Source: Fibrobacteria bacterium
Lineage (GTDB): Bacteria; Fibrobacterota; Fibrobacteria; UBA11236
NCBI GenBank assembly: GCA_041746255.1
Contig: JBGTHM010000011.1
Span: 1-37,902 of the forward strand
Direction: 5' to 3'
DNA length: 37,902 bases
In this document: positions 26,368 through 36,085 of the stretch, one piece after another
Layout: the number at the start of each line of letters is the position of its first letter
How positions within the stretch are numbered: position 1 is the first letter of the stretch
Notes under the pieces: generated by a model
Database searches by the model: none
What the model was told of the DNA's origin: nothing
Seen by the model: only the letters and a program-made list of their open reading frames with translations
Program-made: the position numbers and the translations under genes

Positions 26368-27259
26368 ACACCTCCCGAAGGCCGTCGCCGATGAAGGTGA
26401 AGGCGAGAAGGGTCAGGCCGAAAGTCAGGGAGGGCCAAAGCACCAGGTGAGGAAATCCATACATCTGCATCATGCCGGAACTGATAAGGTTGCCCCAGCT
26501 CGGCATGGGCGGTCGAAGTCCCATTCCGATCAGGCTCATGGCGCTTTCCGCCATCATCGCCGCCGGAATGCCGAAACTCACGGCCACGATGATGGGGCCG
26601 ACGATATTGGGGGCGATGTAACTGCGGATGATATGGCCATCCTTGGAACCCAGGCAGCGGGCGGCCTCCACGTAATCGTTGTTTTTCGCGCTCAGGATTT
26701 GGCCGCGGACCAGGCGTGCGTACCCAGCCCAGCTCGTAATGCCGATGGCGATGAACATGGTCATGAGACCGCGTCCCATGGCCGTCACCAGGATGATAAG
26801 CAGAAGAAACTGCGGAAAGGCGAACATGATGTCCACGATGCGCATCACCAGTATGTCCAGCCATCTGCCGTAATAGCCCGATATGGCGCCGATCACGGCG
26901 CCGATGAGAAGCCCAATGAGCACCGAGCCGAAAGAGACGATGATGGCGTTTCGCGCGCTGTAGATTATCCGTGAAAACAAATCGCGGCCCAGTTCGTCAG
27001 TGCCGAACCAATGCCGCCAGCTCGAGCCCTCCAGGGCGTGGGCGGGGCTGGTAGTCTCGTAGTGGAACGGCGCCACCCAGTCGGCCAGAAAGGCTACGAT
27101 AAAAAGGACGATGATGTAGATGAGGCTCGCAACCGCCGGCTTGTTCCTGCGGAAGCGGCGGATGTCCCTGAAAAAGCCGACGGAACCTCCGTACCGGGCC
27201 TGCTCCGGCCCCGCGCCTACGGCTTCCACGTCTGCATTTTGGGTGTCTGCCTTCGACAT
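26354..27259 (-). CDS. oppC: Opp/Dpp-type ABC permease (OppC-like)
   Basis: HWFGTDELGRD, EAA motif YVEAARCLG, PSWG. Confidence 0.92.
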   Translation of the reverse strand: MSKADTQNADVEAVGAGPEQARYGGSVGFFRDIRRFRRNKPAVASLIYIIVLFIVAFLADWVAPFHYETTSPAHALEGSSWRHWFGTDELGRDLFSRIIYSARNAIIVSFGSVLIGLLIGAVIGAISGYYGRWLDILVMRIVDIMFAFPQFLLLIILVTAMGRGLMTMFIAIGITSWAGYARLVRGQILSAKNNDYVEAARCLGSKDGHIIRSYIAPNIVGPIIVAVSFGIPAAMMAESAMSLIGMGLRPPMPSWGNLISSGMMQMYGFPHLVLWPSLTFGLTLLAFTFIGDGLREVYGKE

Positions 27260-27261
27260 GT

Positions 27262-28224
27262 TTACTCCAGCTTGATCCGCGGATCGAGAATTGCATAGAT
27301 AACGTCCACCGCCAGGTTGACCAGCATGATGGCTGCGGCGAAGATGAGGGTGGAGGTTACCAGCATGGGATAATCCCGGAGTTGGGCCGCCGACACGAAC
27401 AGGGATCCCAGCCCGGGAATGCGGAAGATCTGCTCAACGAGCACACTGCCCAGCAGCATGAAGCTGAATTGGGGGCCCATCACCGTGACCAGGGGAATGA
27501 GCGAGTTGCGCAGCGCATGGGAGGCGATGACCTGGGATTCGCGCAAGCCCTTGGAATACGCCGTGCGGATGAAATCCTGCTCCAGCGTCTCAAGGATGCT
27601 TGAGCGGATGAATCTCGCCACGGTGGCGATGGGGGCCGCGCCGATGGCCAGGGACGGAAGGATATAATGGTTGCACTGTCCCCAGCCGGAGGTGGGGAGC
27701 ACGCCCAGCACCACGGCAAAAAGGACGATTAGGCCCACCGCAATGATAAACGAGGGGATGACCTGTCCGATCATGGACAGCCCCATCAGGGAATAATCCC
27801 ATACGGTGTTTTTCCGCAAGGCGGCGATCACCCCTAAGGGGATGCCGATGAGTATGGCCAGAATCAGACCGATAGCCACGACCTGAAGGGTCACACTGAA
27901 TTTTTCCCTGACCAATTGCTCGATGGGCACGTTGGGATTGACGAAAGAGGGGCCGAACTCGAAGGTGGCGGCGTTCTTCAGAAAAATTCCGATTTGCATA
28001 TAGATGGGCTTGTCCAGGGCATAGCGTTTCTGGAATTCCACCTCGTATTGTTTCTGCGCCTCCTTACCCTTGCTGTCCAAGGCCGCCATGGCTTCGCGCA
28101 CCTGCTGCATTTCCAAAAAATTGCCGGGGGCGGCGTGCATCAGATAAAAAGTGATGGCTACGACGGCCGCGAGGGAGATCGCGATGGAGACGATGCGCTT
28201 GGCGAAAAACTTGAGCAGATTCAT
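27262..28224 (-). CDS. oppB: Opp/Dpp-type ABC permease (OppB-like)
   Basis: LDKP, FIRTAYSKGL, HALRNSLIP, VEQIF-x-IPGLG, RDYP, LDPRI. Confidence 0.92.
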   Translation of the reverse strand: MNLLKFFAKRIVSIAISLAAVVAITFYLMHAAPGNFLEMQQVREAMAALDSKGKEAQKQYEVEFQKRYALDKPIYMQIGIFLKNAATFEFGPSFVNPNVPIEQLVREKFSVTLQVVAIGLILAILIGIPLGVIAALRKNTVWDYSLMGLSMIGQVIPSFIIAVGLIVLFAVVLGVLPTSGWGQCNHYILPSLAIGAAPIATVARFIRSSILETLEQDFIRTAYSKGLRESQVIASHALRNSLIPLVTVMGPQFSFMLLGSVLVEQIFRIPGLGSLFVSAAQLRDYPMLVTSTLIFAAAIMLVNLAVDVIYAILDPRIKLE

Positions 28225-28225
28225 G

Positions 28226-30280
28226 TTAGGAAGATCCCATTCGGCCTGCCCGGGAGAGATAGGCCTCTTTGTCCACCTCGATGTATTGCAAATTGAAGAG
28301 AACGTTCCACATTCCGAATTTGTTGATCGATTCCCCCTGGATGAAGGGGCGCCGCAAGTACACCAGCTTTTCCGAATAAATGGGAATGATCCAATTCTGC
28401 TTAAGGGAGAGCTGGATGAATTCGCGAATCAGGCGCGGTGCCTCGGCATCCTCCAGGGTCATCGTTTCCAGGTGCGCGAAAATCCGGTTCCCCTCGTAAT
28501 TCGCCCTGTTTTGAAAATAGGTGAGGAAGTTGAAATGGGCATCGAGGAGCAAATCCTTGGCGCTTTGCCACTTGGAGATTTTTTCCTCCCGGGTCGCGCC
28601 GTCATTCAAAGTCGCGACGATGCGATCGAATTGGGCAGAGTAGTCGAGTTCCAAAACCTTGCTGCGGTACACGGTATCCGGCTCCGCCTTCCGGATTTGG
28701 GCGAACCAGAGGGCGGCGGAATCGCGCAAGGATTGCAACTCCCGCCAATCTTCCGGCTTGTCCCCCTTGTTCTCCTTTTTGATGTTGATGCGTTCCACGG
28801 TGAGCCGCTTGCGGAGTTCCTTCAGAGGGTAGTCGAAATTCATCCAGAACCAGGAGTGGTCAGCCAGACGGAGCATCATGATGGGATCCTTCCACAACAC
28901 CTTGCCCGGAAAGAGAGTGAGGCCTGGGCGGGTGTAGCGGACATCGTCGATATAGCCACCTCCCCACATATAGGTGGAGAGCATGCCCTCCTCCATGTTT
29001 TCGATGAGCACGTTGAGGCCGATGGCCTTCAGATGGGATTGGATGGCTTCCGCGACGGTTCCCAGGCCCTTGATGTCGGTGGAGGGTGGCGTGAAGATAT
29101 AAATGGGCTCGCCCCGGTAGGACGAACGGGCCAAATAGCGTTTGGCGGCCTCCTTGTCCGGGTTCTCGGTCTTAATCCCCAGGTTGATCAGGGTATCTTC
29201 CATGGGTCCAAAGTTGGAGGTGGGCGTCACCCGTCCACCCATGATATTGTGGGCTATGTCTCCCTTGTCCAGAGCCATGGCGATGGCACGACGCAAATCG
29301 TCATCGTTCATCAACGGGTTTACGGTCCGGGCGATTTGGATGCCCGTGTATCCCATTTCCGGTGTCAGAACCACATGCTCATTCAGGTGTTTCGCTTTGG
29401 TGGCATAAGCGTAGTCGCCCAGCGTCTGCACGTGGGCGACGTCGATCTCGCCCGCTTCGTATTGCTGGATCTGTGCGCTTTGGGCCAGCATGTTCATCGA
29501 CTTCAAGACGAAGCGATCCACGTTGCCGCGCGGGCCGACGTAATACGGGTTAACAACCAATTCGAACTCGCCGTCCGGAACGAAGGTTTTCAGCACGTAG
29601 GGCCCGTTACCTACGAAATGCGTGGGCATCCACCAATTCTCGACTTCGCCGCGGGTCTGGGCGGCTTCGATGCTGGGCTTGTGCATGGGCAGCGCCGAAG
29701 CCAGCGCCAAAAAGCCCAGCAGGGCCTTGGGCTTGATCAGCCGGATTTCCAGGGTATGATCGTCCAGGGCCTTGAAACCCACGGAGTCGGCTGGAACGGT
29801 GCCGGCCTTATAATCCATGGCGCGGACTACCGAGGGGAAGAAGCTGGCCCAGGTCGGCGAAGGCAGTTCCGGGCTGCAGAAACGCGTCCAGCCATACACA
29901 AAATCATGGGCCGTCACGGGGTCCCCGTTCGACCACTGCTTGTCCCTGCGCAAGGCGATCGTCCAGGTCAGCTTGTCGAGGGAAAGGACCCAGGAATCTG
30001 CGATTTTGGGAACCACGTTGAGGTCACGGTCATATCCGAAAAGCCCCTCGAAGAGGGTGCCTTGCATAAGAACGGTCTGGGGGGCCCATACGTAGGGTTC
30101 GAGGCTTTGCGCTGGGTAGCTGGGCAGCCGGACAACGATTTCCCCTTCGCGCCCGCTGCCCGGAATTTTCGCGACCGCGGAGGCTCGCTGGGCGTCGGAG
30201 CAGAAAATGCAATGATAGAGCCCGTACCCTGCCAACGTAACCAGGGCCAGGGGCGCAACCACCCACTTAAGCAAACGCAC
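28226..30280 (-). CDS. oppA: family-5 solute-binding protein (OppA-like), probably oligosaccharide-binding
   Basis: LFEGL, WSNGDPVTAHDFVY, VGNGPY, RRAIAMALDK. N-terminal TM anchor. Likely GTG start at 30280, 1 nt after the upstream TAG (ORF track starts at 30313). Confidence 0.88.
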   Translation of the reverse strand: MRLLKWVVAPLALVTLAGYGLYHCIFCSDAQRASAVAKIPGSGREGEIVVRLPSYPAQSLEPYVWAPQTVLMQGTLFEGLFGYDRDLNVVPKIADSWVLSLDKLTWTIALRRDKQWSNGDPVTAHDFVYGWTRFCSPELPSPTWASFFPSVVRAMDYKAGTVPADSVGFKALDDHTLEIRLIKPKALLGFLALASALPMHKPSIEAAQTRGEVENWWMPTHFVGNGPYVLKTFVPDGEFELVVNPYYVGPRGNVDRFVLKSMNMLAQSAQIQQYEAGEIDVAHVQTLGDYAYATKAKHLNEHVVLTPEMGYTGIQIARTVNPLMNDDDLRRAIAMALDKGDIAHNIMGGRVTPTSNFGPMEDTLINLGIKTENPDKEAAKRYLARSSYRGEPIYIFTPPSTDIKGLGTVAEAIQSHLKAIGLNVLIENMEEGMLSTYMWGGGYIDDVRYTRPGLTLFPGKVLWKDPIMMLRLADHSWFWMNFDYPLKELRKRLTVERINIKKENKGDKPEDWRELQSLRDSAALWFAQIRKAEPDTVYRSKVLELDYSAQFDRIVATLNDGATREEKISKWQSAKDLLLDAHFNFLTYFQNRANYEGNRIFAHLETMTLEDAEAPRLIREFIQLSLKQNWIIPIYSEKLVYLRRPFIQGESINKFGMWNVLFNLQYIEVDKEAYLSRAGRMGSS

Positions 30281-30281
30281 T

Positions 30282-31604
30282 CTATTTGACCATGTCGCCC
30301 AGGTTGATTCCATCCAGGCGGATGTGATCTAACTGGAATTCGGATCCGCCCGTGCCTATGAAGCGGATGGAGCGGATCATGCCGCCCATTTCCTGCCATG
30401 ACTCCGGCTTTTTGATATACAGGGGGAGCTTGGCCGATAGGAATTGAGCATGGTGTTTTTCCGGCGCGTCCGGGAAAACCGAGGCGATTATGCGAAGGTT
30501 ATCGGGAGTTATGGAGACCAGTCCCCAGTCCGCGGTCAGGGCAACCGAATCCATGGCCACCACATGTAAGGGATATCCACCTTTGATTGGGTTTTGAATG
30601 AGTTCGATTACCAAGTTGCCGGTTCCGCGAGCAAAAAAACTGAGAGTGTCAAATGCGGATAGATTGTAATGGATATCGGAACCGCCTAGATTCAATTCAA
30701 CCGTGACAAAAGGATAGGGTTTATCGAGTCCAGCGCCGCCTTCCGTGTATAGGACCTTCAAGGCCTTGCCTCGCTCTCCTCCCTCATTCAATATGGCAGA
30801 GGAGAAATTAAGGGGGGCGGCATTCAAAGGCATGAGCAGCTTGGAGGAGCCACCGACGTATTCATCGCTGTAGGCGTCCCAATAGCCGCCGCCAAGTAGC
30901 GGGCCGATGCTGTTACGGTTGTCTCGATCTTCGAAATCATCTAATAAGACGAACTTGCGTGGTGTTGGAACAATTGTGTCTACTTGCGTCTCAAGTCTCC
31001 CGTCCAGTTCAACTTCGTCGGCGACGAAAAACACCTCGCTGCCATCAGCCTTAACGCTCCGAATCAGGACGGAATAATGCTGTTGCGGCACGGACTTGAG
31101 AGAAAACCCGCCCGTGGATTCGTCAACATCCGCGGAAAAAGGCGTTCCGGCAAGAAGCACTTGCTTGGAGGCGGCCAAAGAATCCATGATCACCCCATTG
31201 TAAGTTACCAGCGCACGCATGGAAATTTTTCCCCAGTACTCCTTATTCAGCCGTTGCTGCGAGACCTCACGGATTAGGAATCCGTTGCTTCCATCGCTTG
31301 CCATGATGCTTGCGACGGTTCCGGAATCAACGTTGAACTTGAATACGCCTGAATCATTCGTGACAGCACTGTCAATCACGATGCTGTTGCCGTTTATAAT
31401 ATTGGTCACCCATTCCTTCTCATTCAAAAGGTAAACCTTTGTGTTCGAAGCCACCACGCCGTCCGGACGCATCACCATTGCGGTGATTCCGTTTGTGGTC
31501 TCGATGGTCCCACCCGCATGTGGGCCGGCGCCGCTTTCGAAGCAACCCCAGAAGATAACGGCCACACTGGAAATGGCAACTGATATGAGCCACCTGCAAC
31601 TCAT
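30282..31604 (-). CDS. lipoprotein with two beta-sandwich stalk domains and a CBM11/CIA30-like domain
   Basis: Lipobox IFWG-C21, then GGTIETTNG. C-terminal LLDDFED…GGYW-x3-SD…GGSS…FFARGTG…W domain. ATGA overlap with the TIGR02147 gene. Confidence 0.75.
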   Translation of the reverse strand: MSCRWLISVAISSVAVIFWGCFESGAGPHAGGTIETTNGITAMVMRPDGVVASNTKVYLLNEKEWVTNIINGNSIVIDSAVTNDSGVFKFNVDSGTVASIMASDGSNGFLIREVSQQRLNKEYWGKISMRALVTYNGVIMDSLAASKQVLLAGTPFSADVDESTGGFSLKSVPQQHYSVLIRSVKADGSEVFFVADEVELDGRLETQVDTIVPTPRKFVLLDDFEDRDNRNSIGPLLGGGYWDAYSDEYVGGSSKLLMPLNAAPLNFSSAILNEGGERGKALKVLYTEGGAGLDKPYPFVTVELNLGGSDIHYNLSAFDTLSFFARGTGNLVIELIQNPIKGGYPLHVVAMDSVALTADWGLVSITPDNLRIIASVFPDAPEKHHAQFLSAKLPLYIKKPESWQEMGGMIRSIRFIGTGGSEFQLDHIRLDGINLGDMVK

Positions 31605-32437
31605 TTCAAATTCCTCCGTCTGGCGGTAAGCGGGAAAAGCTGTAAATTCATTTGATACACCCGGTCCGGATTGCTGTAGCTATTGGCTAGTTTCTTGAGC
31701 GACTCGCGACACTCGCCAACCAATTCCCGGATCTCCGGAATGGCGGCTTCAGGAATGTTTAAGGTCAAGGTCGATATGTCCCGTTCTTCTTTTTGAAATC
31801 GCTCAAGTGATCCCTCCGCCAGGCGAATCATCTCCCTTTGGTATTCGGTGATGGCCAAGGATTGCCATTCCTTGCCTGTAGTCAGATTGAGTCCGGCGGC
31901 ATAGAATTCCCCGTCCTCGGTCCTTTTAATGAGACCGAGATCGTCCAACAATTTCAAAGCAGCCTTGGCCTCTTTTGCGGTTATGGCAGGTGCCAATTGA
32001 GTCGCGATATCCTTGGCTTCTCCTTTGAAGGATTCCCCGGAGAGCAGAGACCAAACCGCCGAGTAATACCATTTTTGGAAGAATTCGTATTGATTTTTCC
32101 CAAGCTTGTCGGATTTTGCCTTGTTTAAGGAAAGCATCTTCTCGAAATAGATTTTGCTGTCCTTTTCCGTCTTCGCTTTACTGAAGTGGACCAGGCAATT
32201 GAAAAAAGCGGCTTCCTGATCGTTGAATCCACAAACCTTGGTGAATTTATCAATCCGGTTGTCGGCGATATGGAGATTACCTTGCAGCACCTTAATCAGG
32301 AAGCTGGAATCCATACCCACTCTATTCCCAATGTACCTATAGGAAATAAAGGCGCTGGTTTTTTTCTGTTGGATATAAAAATCTCTCAGAAATGCGCGGT
32401 AATCCAAATAATCGTATACGCTAATCACTAACTTCAA
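31601..32437 (-). CDS. TIGR02147/DUF4423-family protein with N-terminal HTH-like region
   Basis: YxDYRxFLRDFY…SYR…G…L-x-KVLQG, WYYSAV, ERDISTLTL, VYQMNLQLFPL are characteristic of the family. TTG start. Confidence 0.9.
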   Translation of the reverse strand: MKLVISVYDYLDYRAFLRDFYIQQKKTSAFISYRYIGNRVGMDSSFLIKVLQGNLHIADNRIDKFTKVCGFNDQEAAFFNCLVHFSKAKTEKDSKIYFEKMLSLNKAKSDKLGKNQYEFFQKWYYSAVWSLLSGESFKGEAKDIATQLAPAITAKEAKAALKLLDDLGLIKRTEDGEFYAAGLNLTTGKEWQSLAITEYQREMIRLAEGSLERFQKEERDISTLTLNIPEAAIPEIRELVGECRESLKKLANSYSNPDRVYQMNLQLFPLTARRRNLK

Positions 32438-32477
32438 TTTATGCCTGAACCGTTTATTTGTCCACCAAGGTTATTAG

Positions 32478-32623
32478 GAATGTGATGAAGAATAGTTCAC
32501 CAAAATACCCCAAACATCCCGAATGTGAGCCAAATTATCCAAAGTTAAGACGCTATGTGCTCTGGCGCCGAGGGACATTTTTCATCGGTAGCTAATTATT
32601 CCAGCGGTGTTTTCACCAATTCC
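32478..32623. repeat. diverged direct repeat, copy A (operator plus relic of the nagB 3' end)
   Basis: Aligns with 36086-36200 apart from a ~30-bp extra segment. Minus strand encodes ELVKTPLE*. Confidence 0.85.
32482..32503. promoter_or_regulatory. palindromic operator copy 3 (GTGATGAA-GAATAG-TTCACCAA)
   Basis: About 45 bp upstream of the TIGR02147 start codon. Confidence 0.75.
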
Positions 32624-32627
32624 GACC

Positions 32628-35600
32628 TCAATTTCTGATAAGGCCGAATTTTTTCTTTTCCTCGAACCTGCCCGGTTGCGCTCCCGTCCTCAGGTCCCGG
32701 CCGGTGACGAAGGTGGCCTTGAGAATATACGCCCCGGTGCCGACCCGGGTTCCCCTGCTGGTCCATCCCGTCCAGACGATAGGCACTTCATAGCTGGCCC
32801 CCAACGCCGTGCTGGTGTATTTCACCTGGGAGAGATCCTGCTCGTTTATTTTACCGGTACCCGAGGCGATAAACTCGCCCACGTTGCTGAATATTTTAAA
32901 ATCGTAATCCAACGGTCCCGGCGTGAAAATCTGGAAAACCGGTCCCACGAATATTCCGCCCTGTTGGGGCTGACAGCTCTCGCATTTGCCGTCCGAATGT
33001 CCCGGAAGGGGCGCTCCATCCTTATTGATGGGAATGAACAACGCATTCTGGCGATGGGTGATGGGAGCTCCCTGGGAAGCTGTTTCCCGGGTTCCGTTGG
33101 GGAAAAGGATCACCAGCTTGACCGGCTTGGGTTGGGGCGGTAGGCCGTCCAGCAAGCGAAAGAGCTTGATGGACGGCGAATTGCCATTGGCGTCCCTGGT
33201 TACGCGATTGGTGTTGATGGCTACCGAATCCCCAACAATGGGAAAGACGGTGGAGTTTTCATCGATGAAGAATACCACCCGTCTGGTATCCATCAGCTCG
33301 TGGCGCAAGATCACCACGGCGCCGGCAGGGAGTTCCGAGCCGTCCCTTTTGAATACCAGCGGCAGCGAGGCCTCGGACGAGAGGGTCACTGGTTCCGAGT
33401 AGGTGATGATGACGCGTTTCAAGGGAATGTCCGCATCGGGTTCCTTAATTTCCGCGCCGAGAATGATGGGTGGTATTGAATCGTCCACGGCAAAGGCGCC
33501 GTCGTTCAAGGGGAAATTATCCTGCCGGAAGGTTTGACCGGAGAAATCCCGATTGCGCAAGGACGTAATACCCTGATCGAAAGGCGAAACGAAGGTGACG
33601 ATGGCGCGGTTCCCGGACAGGGTGATTTCTCCGGCGGAGGCAGTGCGGACATATTCCTTCCCGTCCTCACCGGTGATCCTGAACGTCAATTTCTCCGGAG
33701 CCGAGGGAGGAACCTTTTCGAATTGGACGATGGCTTTGTCGATGTGTCCATCGCCGTTCTCATCCAGATACCAGGCCTTTGAGATGCCGATGGTAGGCAG
33801 GTTGGTGGGCGTGGCCACCTGCGGGGGCACGGGGGGATCGCCGCAAATGGCGGTGGAATGGGCGGTGAAATCAAGTTGCTGCACCGTGGAGTTTCCGCAG
33901 CCATCCGTGGAACGCACCCAAAGCGCGCCCTTCTCCCCTCTCTTGGGGTAACCGGGACGTTTACAGGAAACGTGGAATTCGTATTTGTTGCCGCCAAGGT
34001 GGGTGGCGGCGTTCCAGACGACCCAGTTTGTGTCCATGCTCCAATCCGCTTTGATTCCAGGTTCATTGTCCTTGGTGTCGAAGGTCACCTTGAACCCGGG
34101 ATCGATGATGGGCGCTATGGCCGCGCCTTTCACGGGGGAAGTGAGGGTGAGATTCGGATAGATTTCGTCCTTGAGCTTGCCCGCGCAGGTGCGGGCGTTC
34201 TTGCTGTTGCGGTCTACCATCAGGCGGAAATCGGATTGGACGGGTACCAGGCGTCTCCGTGAGGGCAGGTAGTTTTTCGCGACGCGCAGAATCGTCAGCC
34301 AGTCATAGCGAAAGCTTATGGCCTCCTTGCCGTTGGTGGAGGGCGCCTTGCCTTTGAGCCGGTTGAAGGCGCATTCCAGATCCGTCTGTAAAGCCTTCCT
34401 CTGTTCCACATCGAGGTCGAAGTGTAAGAGCAGTCCACCATCCGCTTGGGTCTCGGGTGTGCCGGGAGAGGCGGTTCCCCCATAGAAGAAACGCCGGATC
34501 TCGGTCCAGGTAATGTCCGCGTCATAGATTATGTTACCGCCTCCGCAGGTGGAGGAGGATTTCGACGCGTCTACCTGCGCGTCCAGCAACCTGAACACAT
34601 TGGTCCGGTAATCACCGTTGCCCGCTGGAAACCTGAGAGACGCCTGGGGATCGTTTTTCAGATTAGGATCCTTGAGGGCGGACTCGAAACCGGAATTGGG
34701 GCCGAGATTGTAGCCGGGGATGAGAGCGGCGAGGCCGACTCGCGGATCTTTGCCGTTGACTATGGCATCGGCGAAGCAAAGGTCGGTGGAATGCTCCAGG
34801 CCGTCATAAAGCCAATACCAAACCAGGGCGGAAGAAAGGACGGAGTTGGCGATTTGTGGAGAGTTGGGGCCGGTGCCGCCGGCTCCGGGCGCGGGTGTGT
34901 ATCCGGGCGTACGCATGTAGAAGGCGGAGGCGGCGGTCCATTGACCATTGTCTCCGGAACAGGAGGCTGCAGTGGTCACGTCCCGAAACCTACCCATGCA
35001 GGGGCCGTATTTGGGGTAGAACTGTGGATAGGATTGCATGGTGCGGGCGAAGGTGGTGGCTTCGATTTCCCATGGGCTGAACGCGCCGTCGTCGTCTCGG
35101 TTGAAACTCGCCCATTCCGAAATGGAACCCAGGTTTTCCCTGCCATGCTCGACGAAGCCGAACATGGTTTCCTTGCCGGCAATGGCGGCCAGAAATTGCA
35201 TGTCCACATTCAGGATTTCCTGGGCCATGGACAGGGCCATCATGTACTGCGGGCCGCCCAAGGAACGGGGATCCCATTTGACCTGCATTCCGTTCAACGT
35301 GACGGGAGTGGAGGGAATGGCCGCCTGGATTTGCGTCTGACCGAAAAAGGTGGATACCAGACCACCGAAGCTCTCTCCTCCATTTGTTCCTATGGAATCG
35401 ACAATACACTGGGTTCCATAAAAGGAGGTTGGCGCTTGCGCGGGGATGGCGGCACATTTCAAGGGTTCCGCGTCCGTATAAGGCGGCGCCTCGCTGCATG
35501 AGCCGGTTTTGACCAAAGTCTGCGGGTCGAATAAGGTCCCGTTCTGCCCGGCGGCCAGAGTGCCGGTATAATCCACGGCGGCGGCTCTACAGACGCCCGC

Positions 35601-35912
35601 CTGCATTTGTTGCTGGTCGTTGGGAGGAATCTTCTGCGTATACTCGACGGGGGCAGCTCCCTCCCGGGTCAGTCCCTGCATCCAGGTCGAATAACCAGCG
35701 AAGTCTTGGGTACGGAATTTCCAGCCCTCGACCAATTGCGGAGACGCCGTCTCATTGCAGGTGTGCACCCGTGGATATTGGGTGCCCGGCCCGACCAGAT
35801 TGTCGTTGCCCTGAAACGTGACGGAAACCTGGGATTGGCCGATCCCAAAAAAGGAAAGACAAACCGCCCGAATCAGGAGCCTTTTTCGGAAATGTGACAT
35901 TTTTATCATCAT
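32628..35912 (-). CDS. large secreted protein: Cys-rich/lysozyme-like N-terminal region, Ig-like domain, Fibrobacter-type C-terminal region
   Basis: Signal peptide after ATG 35912/35909/35900. AIAGKET and GYNLG motifs, Pro-rich linker, YLDENGDGHID, and FlgD-Ig-like end IFSNVGEFI…WTG…G-x-RVGTGAYI. Confidence 0.75.
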   Translation of the reverse strand: MMIKMSHFRKRLLIRAVCLSFFGIGQSQVSVTFQGNDNLVGPGTQYPRVHTCNETASPQLVEGWKFRTQDFAGYSTWMQGLTREGAAPVEYTQKIPPNDQQQMQAGVCRAAAVDYTGTLAAGQNGTLFDPQTLVKTGSCSEAPPYTDAEPLKCAAIPAQAPTSFYGTQCIVDSIGTNGGESFGGLVSTFFGQTQIQAAIPSTPVTLNGMQVKWDPRSLGGPQYMMALSMAQEILNVDMQFLAAIAGKETMFGFVEHGRENLGSISEWASFNRDDDGAFSPWEIEATTFARTMQSYPQFYPKYGPCMGRFRDVTTAASCSGDNGQWTAASAFYMRTPGYTPAPGAGGTGPNSPQIANSVLSSALVWYWLYDGLEHSTDLCFADAIVNGKDPRVGLAALIPGYNLGPNSGFESALKDPNLKNDPQASLRFPAGNGDYRTNVFRLLDAQVDASKSSSTCGGGNIIYDADITWTEIRRFFYGGTASPGTPETQADGGLLLHFDLDVEQRKALQTDLECAFNRLKGKAPSTNGKEAISFRYDWLTILRVAKNYLPSRRRLVPVQSDFRLMVDRNSKNARTCAGKLKDEIYPNLTLTSPVKGAAIAPIIDPGFKVTFDTKDNEPGIKADWSMDTNWVVWNAATHLGGNKYEFHVSCKRPGYPKRGEKGALWVRSTDGCGNSTVQQLDFTAHSTAICGDPPVPPQVATPTNLPTIGISKAWYLDENGDGHIDKAIVQFEKVPPSAPEKLTFRITGEDGKEYVRTASAGEITLSGNRAIVTFVSPFDQGITSLRNRDFSGQTFRQDNFPLNDGAFAVDDSIPPIILGAEIKEPDADIPLKRVIITYSEPVTLSSEASLPLVFKRDGSELPAGAVVILRHELMDTRRVVFFIDENSTVFPIVGDSVAINTNRVTRDANGNSPSIKLFRLLDGLPPQPKPVKLVILFPNGTRETASQGAPITHRQNALFIPINKDGAPLPGHSDGKCESCQPQQGGIFVGPVFQIFTPGPLDYDFKIFSNVGEFIASGTGKINEQDLSQVKYTSTALGASYEVPIVWTGWTSRGTRVGTGAYILKATFVTGRDLRTGAQPGRFEEKKKFGLIRN

Positions 35913-36020
35913 GTAATTCTTCGATAGGTGGATTTCGATTTGGTTCATGCGCAATACCTTATCCTGTACTGCCAAAACTAGGGTCGAAGGGTGAGTTTGT
36001 CCACCGGTGCCCACGCGAAA

Positions 36021-36042
36021 GTGATGAACTCCTTATCATCAG
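36021..36042. promoter_or_regulatory. palindromic operator copy 4 (GTGATGAA-CTCCTT-ATCATCAG)
   Basis: Same arms and spacer as the other copies, upstream of the large secreted gene. Confidence 0.6.
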
Positions 36043-36085
36043 GCTAGCCGATAAAGACGAGGTTTTTGGGGAGGATTAGGGTTAT

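Noticed and set aside
25919..26974. 351-aa plus-strand ORF and similar long antisense ORFs (537-1502, 24750-25523, 34446-35501)
   Set aside because: They overlap well-supported genes in other frames or strands and show no recognisable protein features.
28151..30289. 712-aa plus-strand ORF
   Set aside because: Lies antisense to the clearly recognisable OppA-like gene and has no motifs. A typical high-GC shadow ORF.
33790..33845. VATP-TNLP in the linker as a scar of deleted Fn3/chitobiase-type repeats
   Set aside because: Based on only a few residues and cannot be supported without homolog alignments.
35913..36014. N-terminal extension of the 1128-aa ORF
   Set aside because: The signal peptide begins at the ATGs at 35900-35912. 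The extension runs into the operator-containing promoter region.
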